From a virus, in the IMG/VR virus record IMGVR_UViG_3300024520_000055, positions 19,448 through 83,447 of that record: DNA of 64,000 nt, one strand, 5' to 3'. The translations under genes and the position numbers were made by a program. Positions 21,612 to 30,713 of this stretch are shown here, one piece after another (position 1 is the first letter of the stretch; each line of letters begins with the position of its first letter). The notes under the pieces were generated by a model. The model saw only the letters and a list, made by a program, of their open reading frames with translations. It ran no database searches and was not told the origin of the DNA.

Positions 21612-21657
21612 AGTATTCTTTCTACCCGAGACCTCTGCGAAAGGCAAAGGGAACGCC

Positions 21658-24600
21658 ATGAGCTTAGACTTCAGTCCCGGTGTCTTCCTCTCGATCTACG
21701 GGGACATCGTTCCAGACGGCCCGCGACTTGTGCTCTCGACGCGGGTGACCTACCCGCGCAAGATCGGAGAGCTCTTTCTGTTCAGGTTCCCGTTCACAAT
21801 GCCTTCCGTGCGTCCCACTGCACAGAATGTGCAGTACTACTACAAGGATATTCTGGCACGCATTACACGCGCAGAAGAGATGCGCAGGTACCCCACCAAC
21901 CAGGCCCTCACGCTACGATCGGAAACCCTGCGAGCATCCGGCTACGGGCCCGACGGAACTACGGTTCCGGAGTGGGGTGACTTCATCCGGATCCTGATGC
22001 CTGCCCCGTTCTCCCCAGAACCTTTCGTGCCGCAACAAGCAGGTCCCAATGCAATCCCGTATGAGTCCGACACAATGCGCGTCATGGGACAGGAGCTCGA
22101 TGACGACAGCTTGCAGCGCATCTACTCAGGAAACTTCTTCCGCCGTTCGCGCGCTCCCCGAGAATGGGAACGTGGCTATCAGCGAATCGATCAGGTGTCG
22201 TTCGTAGGAGACAAGTTCGGATTTCCTGGGGGCTATTCCGTGGTCTCCCTTATCGATCTTCGAGAGTCTGCCCAGGTGCCTCAGTGGGTTGCAGACAACC
22301 AGAAGATGGCCCTCCTCGGTACGGTTGCCATCGGTGCTCTGGGATCGGGTTTCGCAGCAAAGATGCACGCCAATACTCCTTGGCGTCTCACAACGTCAAC
22401 GCAGCCCGAATTGGGGACGACATTCCACGACGGAATGGAGCCAGGGTTCCTGGAATTATATCCTCCCGACGAAGATGGATTTCCCGTCGAGGTTCGGGGG
22501 GTGCACGGCACCGCCAATGGCGGAGAGGGAGCTGACCGTTTCAGCATCAATCTCGACCTCACACGTTCAGACGGAGTGACCATTCCTGGTGGAGAGTTCT
22601 TCGAGCTCAGCGACAAAAACAATTTGCGCACCCTTCGCCTCACTTCCGGTGGGGGGATTCAGGGTGACTACACCATCATCGATGTCGACGATCAGATCGG
22701 CGCAACCGGGAAGTACCAGACGGCGGTCCTCGATGTCCCCTCCCCCGACAGCGGGGCATGCGACACAATCGTTGCGTCCAACCAGATCAATAACTTGTCA
22801 GGCACCATCGGAAACATCAGTGTTGGGAACACGATCACAGTCACTTCAGGTGCGGACGCAGGGTCCTACCGCGTTATCGCAGTGGGAGTTTCAACAGTCT
22901 ACGTCGAAGAGTTGAATGGAATTGCTACGTCGTTTGCGACGGGTTCTGTGGGACAAACCTACATCGTGCACGACGGAGGCCTCGACCAAAATGTCCCCTC
23001 GGTTTCCTGGGAAGTCCTTGCAGCAGATGGAGAGGTCCTCGAAGAGCTTCTTGTCAATCCGGAAAGCACGCTGACCGTATGCCGCTACATCTCGGACGCG
23101 GAGGTGTGGGTGAACGGCTTCGTGCCTCTTTCACCGTGGCGGGGAGAACTGCGTGCCATTTGGGTGGCACGTGCCTGGGTCCAAACCAACCCCACCTACA
23201 ACCAACTCTCCGAAATCGACGCAACGCGCAAGAACGTCATCGAACTCGAAAACGATCGCACCAAGACCATGTTCTTCCGCGAGTCGATGCTGGCCAGGTC
23301 AATCTTCGTCGAAGGCCCCGACTCAGAAGTAGGCGACCCAGCTCCCCTTTCTGACTCAGCCAACGGGAGGTACCGGTTCTCGGGGTTCCAGGGAGAGGCG
23401 TCAGGCGTAGATTACTCCGGTGCCGAGGGGACGATTCAGGATACGAATCTCTACGAGTACACGAGCCAGACAGAAAACTTTCAACAGTCGGACATCGGGA
23501 CGAAGCTCACCATCCTCGGGACGGAGTACTACATCGCTGATTTTCTCTTCCTCGGAGGGCACGGGCAGGTCGCATTCATGACCAATCTGGATGGGAGTCT
23601 TCCCTCTTTCAGCTCAACCGGCGCGACCCCGTCGGCGCACACCGTCGAAGACCGTTACTACGAGGCCACACTCGAAGTTGACTTCTCCCAGAAGGTCATC
23701 AACAACCTGGGCGATCCAGACGTACTGACCGATGTCCCTTGGCGCTTCATTCCCACTGTTCCCGTCGAGTGGACTATTCATGCTCCACTTTTCGACTGGA
23801 ATGCTCGTGCGATCCCAACAAGCCTAGGCGGTCTGGAGGACGGAAATCCGAACCTTATCCCCATCGACCCCGACACGGAGGCACATCTTCTGCAAGAAGT
23901 TCCCATCATCGAGGGCAACTACTACGCGGTGGATTTCCAAATCGACGTCGAGTCTTTTTCCGAGGAGGACTTCACCAACACGGGACGCTTCCGGATAGTA
24001 GCCCCCCCGAACGGACAGCTCCTGCCAGGGACATTTCGTGACGCACACGCGATCATCTGTCGGGGCGATCCGAATGCGCCACAGATCGTCTACGCCTACC
24101 CGGTGAACTACGATGACCCGGCATGGCAGAACAATGCGTATTCACAAGGAACCCTGGGGCAAATCGGCCTCAGTGGCAGCGTCTACGTTTTCACTAAGGA
24201 CAACGGGACACAGCCAGACTTCGTGGCGGGCATGGAGGATGACTTCATCTTGCAAATTCGCACGGAGGGGCCCGCCAAGGGCATCTTCACCATTGACAAC
24301 GTGTCCACGCCTCCCGACACCATCGACCTTCTCACGCTCAATGGGGAAACGTTGAATCTGTCCGGTCAGATCTGGACAGAGTTGGAGTGGGCGCTCTTCC
24401 CAGTAACCGACCCAGTGTCTGGGATCATCTCACAATCCGTCCGGTGCAGCGACCTCCGCTGCGTGCGCCAACCTGAACCTACAGCGCCCGGCTACGTTGG
24501 GGATACCTACTTCCGTCAGGACTTCTACATTGACATCTTCCCCAGCGTCGAGGAAGCCATCAACGCTCGTGAGGCCATCAAGCGGGAGATCTCCGCACTG

Positions 24601-24702
24601 ATGACCTCCTTCGGCGGAGAACTATCCGAGTTCGTCGTCGTCCAGGTCGAGGCCTACGGCCAGGTTGGAGAGGGCCTCCAGGAAGCCTTCTTCACTCCGT
24701 GA
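21658..24702 (+). CDS. Large virion structural protein with repeated beta modules
   Basis: About 1014 aa, acidic, repeated 'F....G..L.I....G.Y.I..V' modules; C-terminal domain resembles the next two genes. Confidence 0.6.
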   Translation: MSLDFSPGVFLSIYGDIVPDGPRLVLSTRVTYPRKIGELFLFRFPFTMPSVRPTAQNVQYYYKDILARITRAEEMRRYPTNQALTLRSETLRASGYGPDGTTVPEWGDFIRILMPAPFSPEPFVPQQAGPNAIPYESDTMRVMGQELDDDSLQRIYSGNFFRRSRAPREWERGYQRIDQVSFVGDKFGFPGGYSVVSLIDLRESAQVPQWVADNQKMALLGTVAIGALGSGFAAKMHANTPWRLTTSTQPELGTTFHDGMEPGFLELYPPDEDGFPVEVRGVHGTANGGEGADRFSINLDLTRSDGVTIPGGEFFELSDKNNLRTLRLTSGGGIQGDYTIIDVDDQIGATGKYQTAVLDVPSPDSGACDTIVASNQINNLSGTIGNISVGNTITVTSGADAGSYRVIAVGVSTVYVEELNGIATSFATGSVGQTYIVHDGGLDQNVPSVSWEVLAADGEVLEELLVNPESTLTVCRYISDAEVWVNGFVPLSPWRGELRAIWVARAWVQTNPTYNQLSEIDATRKNVIELENDRTKTMFFRESMLARSIFVEGPDSEVGDPAPLSDSANGRYRFSGFQGEASGVDYSGAEGTIQDTNLYEYTSQTENFQQSDIGTKLTILGTEYYIADFLFLGGHGQVAFMTNLDGSLPSFSSTGATPSAHTVEDRYYEATLEVDFSQKVINNLGDPDVLTDVPWRFIPTVPVEWTIHAPLFDWNARAIPTSLGGLEDGNPNLIPIDPDTEAHLLQEVPIIEGNYYAVDFQIDVESFSEEDFTNTGRFRIVAPPNGQLLPGTFRDAHAIICRGDPNAPQIVYAYPVNYDDPAWQNNAYSQGTLGQIGLSGSVYVFTKDNGTQPDFVAGMEDDFILQIRTEGPAKGIFTIDNVSTPPDTIDLLTLNGETLNLSGQIWTELEWALFPVTDPVSGIISQSVRCSDLRCVRQPEPTAPGYVGDTYFRQDFYIDIFPSVEEAINAREAIKREISALMTSFGGELSEFVVVQVEAYGQVGEGLQEAFFTP

Positions 24703-24710
24703 GGTAGAGC

Positions 24711-25070
24711 ATGAGAGTTCGCATCATCTACACCCTGACCAAGACGCTCCTGGCGGACGGGACCTACAGGGTCGCTGTCCAGGTGGACTCGACCGAGGGC
24801 ATTACACCCAAGATCTTCGTCCACCGGGACGGCGTGTTCGTCTCCACCGCACGGCCGGTTGACATCGAGCTCTATCCCGAAGACGCCCCCGAACAAGAGG
24901 GGGGCCTCTATCGCCGGGCGACAGGCGAAGTCATCGTGGACGATGTGTCCTCGGCCCTCTCGTCGGCCAGCGCAATAGGAGAACGCATCGACGCACTGGC
25001 CGAGCAGTACCAGGCGCAGGCAGGCGACTACGATGGTACGGAGCAGGTAGAGGTCGAGTATGGCAACTGA
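24711..25070 (+). CDS. Hypothetical (virion) protein, single copy of a domain shared with the flanking genes
   Basis: GAGGT RBS; motif AR..D...YR...A...I..RI..L. Confidence 0.6.
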   Translation: MRVRIIYTLTKTLLADGTYRVAVQVDSTEGITPKIFVHRDGVFVSTARPVDIELYPEDAPEQEGGLYRRATGEVIVDDVSSALSSASAIGERIDALAEQYQAQAGDYDGTEQVEVEYGN

Positions 25071-26019
25071 AGAAGCGCGCCTTGTTCAGGACCGCAGCTC
25101 ACAAATCGCGGCAGATGGGTCCCCCATTTACCAGATCATCAACACCCTGACACACAACGGTCCGCTGCCTGACCACGGTGTCTTCGTGTTCCTGATCGTC
25201 GACGAGGCAGATCCTTCCCAGGATACGTTCTTCCGCATTGCCGAGGTGCCCGACCTGTCGGCATTCCTGTTCGGCCGCGACAATGCCCTCGCTGTGGGCG
25301 GCTCCTACTACAGGATCTCCAGCCTGACCGCGACCTCGTCGAGTTTCTCCGAGGCAGATGCTCTGGCAACCACGATCAAGGAGCGCGTTGACACACTGGT
25401 CGTGAGCTGGACCGCGGCATCCGAGGATTGGCTGGGCTCCGAGGCATACCTTCTTCCCACGGGAGACCCGACCCGAGAAGATACTTACAGGGACGCGTAC
25501 ACGGTGGCCTACAGCGCATACGTGTCGGCACTCATCTCGCGAGATGAGATCCAGGAAGACCTCGACGCCAAGAAGGCAGAGATCGAGCGCTACCGCACCC
25601 TGGCGGTCCTCGTGGAAGACATCAAGACGCGGATGGACTTCATCCTGAAAGCAGAGACCACCTACTCAACGCGGGTCTCCAGCGTGAGTTCGGCTGACTG
25701 CACGGTCCTCTCGACCATCCAGGCCTACTACATCCCCTTGGAGGAATCGATCACGGGAGCACGCACTCCGGTTGATGAGGCGGCGCAAATCGCCGACACC
25801 GAGCAGACCACGCTCGAAGATGACCTGGCAACGCTTCTTGAGTCCTACACGAGCGCACAGAACAACGTCGAGAACACCAAGAGAACCTCGGATGCTGCCG
25901 AGGAAGCACTGGTCACCTTCTGCCCCAACATCGATGTGGTCGAGATCCAGAACGAGGCCATCCAGGCGGTAGCGGTGGCCAGCACCCCCACCGTTTCCAC
26001 GCTCGAAGTATCCTCGTAG
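25060..26019 (+). CDS. Hypothetical (virion) protein: shared N-terminal domain plus coiled coil
   Basis: GAGGT RBS; overlaps the upstream gene; helical acidic C-terminal half. Confidence 0.6.
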   Translation: MATEEARLVQDRSSQIAADGSPIYQIINTLTHNGPLPDHGVFVFLIVDEADPSQDTFFRIAEVPDLSAFLFGRDNALAVGGSYYRISSLTATSSSFSEADALATTIKERVDTLVVSWTAASEDWLGSEAYLLPTGDPTREDTYRDAYTVAYSAYVSALISRDEIQEDLDAKKAEIERYRTLAVLVEDIKTRMDFILKAETTYSTRVSSVSSADCTVLSTIQAYYIPLEESITGARTPVDEAAQIADTEQTTLEDDLATLLESYTSAQNNVENTKRTSDAAEEALVTFCPNIDVVEIQNEAIQAVAVASTPTVSTLEVSS

Positions 26020-26021
26020 GC

Positions 26022-26052
26022 AAAAAAGGGGACCGACACGAAGTCGGCCCCC
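26022..26052 (-). terminator. Intrinsic terminator closing the vWA-RT operon
   Basis: Minus strand reads GGGGGCCGAC-TTCGT-GTCGGTCCCC (10-bp stem with one G.U) followed by TTTTTT. Confidence 0.8.
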
Positions 26053-26074
26053 GGGCATTCACTGTCACCGCCTA

Positions 26075-26191
26075 TCAGACGGCGGCCAGCAATGGTCGTG
26101 CTCGGACTAGCAGGGACAGAAGGGTCACCAGCTTCGCCGCAGCGAAAGCCAGCTTGACTCCTGCCCAGAGTCCCCGCAGGAACTGGAACAT
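26075..26191 (-). CDS. 38-aa hydrophobic/amphipathic peptide (MFQFLRGLWAGVKLAFAAAKLVTLLSLLVRARPLLAAV)
   Basis: Strong AAAGGAG RBS 5 nt before ATG; lies between the RT stop and the terminator; below the ORF-track size cut-off. Confidence 0.65.
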   Translation of the reverse strand: MFQFLRGLWAGVKLAFAAAKLVTLLSLLVRARPLLAAV

Positions 26192-26224
26192 GCGCACTCC
26201 TTTCAATAGCAGCGCGGCACTTCC

Positions 26225-27316
26225 TTACTGACTTGCTTCCTGGACCGCAGCCTCGACGGGAGATACCTCCACGTCTGCATACACCCCAGCCGCCCAGGCC
26301 ACGACAGCCTCGTGCAGCTTCTCTTGCAGGGGTGCAATCTTCTCCGGTGACACCTGCGCCCAATAGCGGAGCTTACCCTCCAGCACAGTGAGCAGATGCT
26401 CGGCATCACGGCACTTGGCTCTTGCGAACTGGCTGTCCGGCCCGAGGGTCAGACAGTTGGTGACGATCGCTCGCAGACGCCGATAAACATCAGACGGGAT
26501 ATTGGGATGCTCCGCGGTGGAGATGCCCAACACCCGTTGCGGTTTGCCCGGGCGCTGGAAGCGCGTCTTCTTGGCGTTGATGCGATAGCCCGCCTTCTTG
26601 TACCTCTTTCGAACCAGCCTTTCCATTGCGTCGGCGTCTTCACGCGAGATGTCGTGCGGCGTCGAGAGGTAGACGTTGTCCGAATACCTGGAGTACGTCC
26701 ACTCACCTTCAGAGAACTCATCGCGCAGCGTCTTCAGAAGAGGTTGGTCGATCTTCCAATCCACCACCGCGTTGCACACCGCACCCGAGGCCGGGGAGCC
26801 CTGGGGGACGATGTAGCGACTGCCCCAGGAGAACGTGTGTGGGACGGTAACGAGGCTGGAAAGCAGGGACGCCACGTCCGACGAGTATCCCAGGTAATCA
26901 CGGAACATGTCCTTGACGGGCCCCTGCCGCGTCGAGGTGAAGAAGTCCTTGATGTCCAGGTGCAGAATGAGCTTCTTCTTGACGTGATCAGGCGGCGTTT
27001 CCAGCACACCCCGACCAGGAACGTAGGCAGCAACGTGCGTCCCGAACGGGATCGGTTTCAGGAAGCGCGCATAGAGCACTTTCTGAATGCGTTTGAGACG
27101 CATGTCCGGGGCGTGGATCAGGCGCTTCCCTCCCGAGAACTTCGGGATGGTGAAGACCTTGTAGAGCTTGCCGCGATCGACAATCAGCCACCACATGGTC
27201 TTTGCCTTGATCCCCAGTGCGCAGGACAGGTCGAAGTCATTGAGGATCGGGGGCAACCCGAACGCGGGGGCTTTGGGGAGGAAGAATCCTTCGACGCTTG
27301 TATTGCGGAATGGCAT
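26225..27316 (-). CDS. Retron-type reverse transcriptase (variant YSDN motif)
   Basis: 'YKVFTIPKFSGGKRLIHAP...LKRIQ', 'LDIKDFF', 'PQGSPASG..CN', 'YSRYSDN', 'GYRINAKKT', 'RVLGI' (VTG-like); 363 aa, no maturase or RNase H extension. Confidence 0.92.
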   Translation of the reverse strand: MPFRNTSVEGFFLPKAPAFGLPPILNDFDLSCALGIKAKTMWWLIVDRGKLYKVFTIPKFSGGKRLIHAPDMRLKRIQKVLYARFLKPIPFGTHVAAYVPGRGVLETPPDHVKKKLILHLDIKDFFTSTRQGPVKDMFRDYLGYSSDVASLLSSLVTVPHTFSWGSRYIVPQGSPASGAVCNAVVDWKIDQPLLKTLRDEFSEGEWTYSRYSDNVYLSTPHDISREDADAMERLVRKRYKKAGYRINAKKTRFQRPGKPQRVLGISTAEHPNIPSDVYRRLRAIVTNCLTLGPDSQFARAKCRDAEHLLTVLEGKLRYWAQVSPEKIAPLQEKLHEAVVAWAAGVYADVEVSPVEAAVQEASQ

Positions 27317-28116
27317 TAGATGTCCTCCACGTTGACGATCTTGCGCTCGCCCCCGCCTGTCTCGATAACGATTTCACCGAGGTCTTCCAGGTCTTCCGTC
27401 CCCGCCTCTTTCTGCCGTGCGGCTGCGTCTGCCTCGAATTCGTCGGCACCCTTCTTGTAGTCACCGTCGGTATCCGGCTTCGTGCAGAGGAACTCGTAGC
27501 AGTCGATGTCCCCAAAGACGCACTGCTTCATCAGACGTTGGAGCTGTCGAGGACAGATGGAACACGGAGACCCAATGGGTCCTTCCAACTGACCAAGCAG
27601 GAAAACATCTTCAGTCAGGTCGGCGTAGCGCGGCGCGTCCTTGTCATTTGAGATCTTGCGGTCGCTACTGTTGGACCAGAAGCGACTGACCAGATACTGA
27701 AGGACACCCCGGTTCTTCTGAACGCGAGGACGATACTCGGTAGGCTCGTCGTCCACCCGGTCCTGGGACTTCCGCTGCTCCTTCATCCAGAAGCTCGTAT
27801 CCCAGGTGGAGTTTGGGCGGTTACGAACGGCGATGGGGACCATGATCATCCATGGGCCGTTCTTCTGCATGTAGGCACAGATGGCAGCGAACTCTTCCTT
27901 GATCCCCGAGAGGGCAGTGAGCATTACTTGGGCGTTTCGGCATGAGGCACTGAGGCACAAGGCGTATCGCCAGTACCTCATCATGTCGTCACGGAGGTCT
28001 TCCGGAACAACATAGAAACGTTCGAACGGGATCTTGTGGACGTGCTTGCGCCCAACCTTGATCTCCGCTACGCCCCCACGATGGAGGGCGTCCAGGGCGG
28101 TTAGTGCCTTACTCAT
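27316..28116 (-). CDS. Uncharacterised RT-coupled protein with a Cx2Cx10Cx6C motif and acidic tail
   Basis: Translationally coupled to the vWA gene (TGATG) and the RT (TAATG); 'PCSICPRQLQRLMKQCVFGDIDCY'. Confidence 0.7.
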   Translation of the reverse strand: MSKALTALDALHRGGVAEIKVGRKHVHKIPFERFYVVPEDLRDDMMRYWRYALCLSASCRNAQVMLTALSGIKEEFAAICAYMQKNGPWMIMVPIAVRNRPNSTWDTSFWMKEQRKSQDRVDDEPTEYRPRVQKNRGVLQYLVSRFWSNSSDRKISNDKDAPRYADLTEDVFLLGQLEGPIGSPCSICPRQLQRLMKQCVFGDIDCYEFLCTKPDTDGDYKKGADEFEADAAARQKEAGTEDLEDLGEIVIETGGGERKIVNVEDI

Positions 28117-29696
28117 CAGATGTACTTCCCCATGTGCAAAACGGTCCCGGGGAGTCCGGGATCACTTCCGTTAGGTGAAATGAGCCAGAACAACGGGACC
28201 TCTAGCGGGTTGGTGGGCACAGAAGCCCCTCCGTCTGTATAGTACACGACCACATCGGGTTTGAGCTCGACAGCCTTCCGCAGTGCCGGGAGGAATGCCG
28301 TCCCGCCGCGTCCGTGGATGCGGAAAGAGTCGGTAAACTGGGGTTCGATCTTGTCGTCTTTTACCAGGTAAACTCCGTCCTCGCGCACGTCCGCATCGCA
28401 CTCGATGACCCAAAGCTGCACGTCAATGTCGTGGCGCTTGCACAATGCGATGATCTCGGCGATGGCCTCCTCGAGTTCGGGCGTCGACATTGACCCGCTC
28501 GTGTCAATGATGAACACGAGCTTGTATCGAAGCGCGCGCTCCGTGCCCGGGTAGGGCAAGATCCGATACCGCCAGAACATAGGCCACCTGCGAACCTTGG
28601 GACGGATCATCGACTCGTTGATCTTGTTGCTCATCATCGAGCTGATGGCGGGGGACAGGATATCCTGCCACGGCACTCTCGTGTCGCGGAGCCAGATCTC
28701 GAGGTCCTCCTCCATGCCGCCCATCCCGGATCCGCACGCCCGGAGGTGGTCCTTGACGGCCCTTCGGAAGAGCTTCCGCATCTGTCGCCGTATTTCGTGG
28801 GCTGCGCCTTCCCTCTCGCCTCCCGTCATTGCCCCCGCGTCGTCAACGAAGAAGTGATACGAGAGGACGTACTTCCGCATACGGAAAGCAAGGTCGCGGT
28901 AGACCTGGGGGACGCCGTCGGGGATTTTCTCTCCGTCTTGTGTCAGGAACTCTACCTTGTCCGGGGGCGCACCCTTTTGTGGGGTGCTCATGTTCACGGT
29001 GCCGATCAAAGGAGTGATGTTGGGCGGTGCGATGCCTCCCTCGGGCGGTTCTGCGGACCAGTCCACAGGACCCCCAAAGCGCTTCAGCAACTTCTCTGCG
29101 ATTTGCTCGTCGAGAAGCATCTCCTGGTAGTACTCGTAGTCCTTCAGGTCGTCGAGGTCGGCATGCTCCGGGAGCACTGTCTCGATTCGGTGCGCACCAG
29201 TTCCCAGAATTCCGTCCGCTGACAGGAAGCCCTTACTACGCAAATACGAATTGTCGGCCATGTCCATGGCCAGGTTGGCGGTCAGATTGAAAATGTAGCG
29301 CATAGAATCGTCGATCGCGGCCATCTTGCGCATGTCCAGGAACCGGGGGATGTGGTCGTGCAGCAGGTGGACGAACTCGTGGTGCACCACGAAGAGGACT
29401 TCGGAGAGCGTGAGGTGCGCGAGTCTCTCGGGGTCGAGAAGAAGGCACACACGGCTCTCCTGCACCGCAATCGCGCCTGCGTACCCGAGACCGGGCACCA
29501 TTCTCTTGTTGATCTGACTGAGCACCCGAGCGACGAAGCTGCGTGCTGCGTCCACGTGGCTCTGCACGAAGAAGCCGAGGATGTCATCCAGCCCATACCG
29601 ATCCCCAATGGGATCGTCGGGATTTATCCCCCGGCCCAGTGTGGGGTCGAAGACTTGCTGCTTGGCACCAGTATTTGCTACCATGGTGTCTGCCAT
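28116..29696 (-). CDS. DUF2201-type metallopeptidase-vWA protein (partner of MoxR-like ATPase); start uncertain (29696 or 29684)
   Basis: HExxH 'HEFVHLLHDH', 'NLAMD', vWA MIDAS 'IIDTSGSMS', 'ECDA', 'GRGGTAF', 'YYTDG'. Confidence 0.88.
   Translation of the reverse strand: MADTMVANTGAKQQVFDPTLGRGINPDDPIGDRYGLDDILGFFVQSHVDAARSFVARVLSQINKRMVPGLGYAGAIAVQESRVCLLLDPERLAHLTLSEVLFVVHHEFVHLLHDHIPRFLDMRKMAAIDDSMRYIFNLTANLAMDMADNSYLRSKGFLSADGILGTGAHRIETVLPEHADLDDLKDYEYYQEMLLDEQIAEKLLKRFGGPVDWSAEPPEGGIAPPNITPLIGTVNMSTPQKGAPPDKVEFLTQDGEKIPDGVPQVYRDLAFRMRKYVLSYHFFVDDAGAMTGGEREGAAHEIRRQMRKLFRRAVKDHLRACGSGMGGMEEDLEIWLRDTRVPWQDILSPAISSMMSNKINESMIRPKVRRWPMFWRYRILPYPGTERALRYKLVFIIDTSGSMSTPELEEAIAEIIALCKRHDIDVQLWVIECDADVREDGVYLVKDDKIEPQFTDSFRIHGRGGTAFLPALRKAVELKPDVVVYYTDGGASVPTNPLEVPLFWLISPNGSDPGLPGTVLHMGKYI
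29655..29684 (+). promoter_or_regulatory. Putative sigma70-type promoter for the 29712 gene
   Basis: TTGCTG-18 nt-TACCAT with extended -10 TG. Confidence 0.4.
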
Positions 29697-29711
29697 TGCA
29701 GGAGGACTGAC

Positions 29712-30713
29712 ATGATCGTCCATGACCAGTTTCACGATCCTTCCTTCCGGGTTCTGAAGCGCCTCGCGCAAGAGTACCCGGATGCAGTTGGGTTTACCAA
29801 AACGGCCGAGGTGGACACCACCAATGGCGGAGACCTCCCCGACCGGGCATTCGCGTGGCCCGAGGAGCGCCGCTATCCAATTCACACCAAGGAGCACGCA
29901 GCACTGTCGGTCCTGTACCGGACCAAGTGTGCTTCCGTCCCGAGCCACGTTGAGGAGAACCTCAAGAAGGCGCAGGACATCTACGATCTCGACGCGATGC
30001 CGATGGAGAAGGTGGCCGCGGCTCCAAGGGACGACTCGGAGGAATACCTGATCCCGAGCCTCAAGAGGTTCAGGGTCAAGACCGCGGCCGAAGTTCTGCC
30101 TGCGGCATACGCGCTTCAGCGCCATTACCGCAAGATGGACATCCCGACACGGGCCCTCGCCTGCACCCGCCTGCTCAAGATCGCACAGGCGAATGGCATC
30201 GAGCTTCCCCCCACCCTCCAGAAGATGGCGGGGGTCACCGTCTCTTCCGCGCCGCGCCTCCTCGAAGCGCTGGAGGTTCGGAAAGAAGCGTCGGCACAGA
30301 ATCCCATCGTCCAAGCCGGGTTCCAGAAGATGGCGGCGCTCGTGGCTTCGTTGCCTCCCGACGAATTCCAGAACCCAGAGGTCCTGCGAAAGATCGCGGG
30401 GGGCCTGACCGAACTGGACGGGCGCGCAGGGCTGGCACAGCACTACGACAAGACGATCCCCGACCCGCTCCAGTCGGTGTACAACACCGAGAAGACCGCA
30501 GAGCCCATGCTCCCTCTGGCTGGACACCAGGTGCCCGTGACGCGCCTGATGGGCATCGACAAGGAGGCCTACGCCGATGCGTTCGGCCCCGACTTCGTGG
30601 GAGAGGTCTTCAAGGAAGCAGAAGCTGACCCGAGCGCACTGGCCCAGGTTCTCCCCACGATGCCTCGCGACCTCCAGTCCGTTCTCTACCGCAACGTCTT
30701 CGGTGTTCGTTAG
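29712..30713 (+). CDS. Probable head/internal virion protein rich in K-x-A motifs
   Basis: GGAGG RBS; 'FAWPEERRYPIHTKEHA' motif; 13 of 19 lysines are followed by x-Ala. Confidence 0.65.
   Translation: MIVHDQFHDPSFRVLKRLAQEYPDAVGFTKTAEVDTTNGGDLPDRAFAWPEERRYPIHTKEHAALSVLYRTKCASVPSHVEENLKKAQDIYDLDAMPMEKVAAAPRDDSEEYLIPSLKRFRVKTAAEVLPAAYALQRHYRKMDIPTRALACTRLLKIAQANGIELPPTLQKMAGVTVSSAPRLLEALEVRKEASAQNPIVQAGFQKMAALVASLPPDEFQNPEVLRKIAGGLTELDGRAGLAQHYDKTIPDPLQSVYNTEKTAEPMLPLAGHQVPVTRLMGIDKEAYADAFGPDFVGEVFKEAEADPSALAQVLPTMPRDLQSVLYRNVFGVR

Noticed and set aside
26225-27316. DGR or group II intron RT
   Set aside because: No TR/VR pair with A-specific mismatches, no Avd-like gene, and no maturase/endonuclease domain or intron ends noticed; motifs and length fit the retron type.
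29697-30527. N-terminal ~277 aa of the 803-aa minus-strand ORF
   Set aside because: Antisense shadow of the + strand gene 29712-30713; the real vWA protein starts near 29696/29684.
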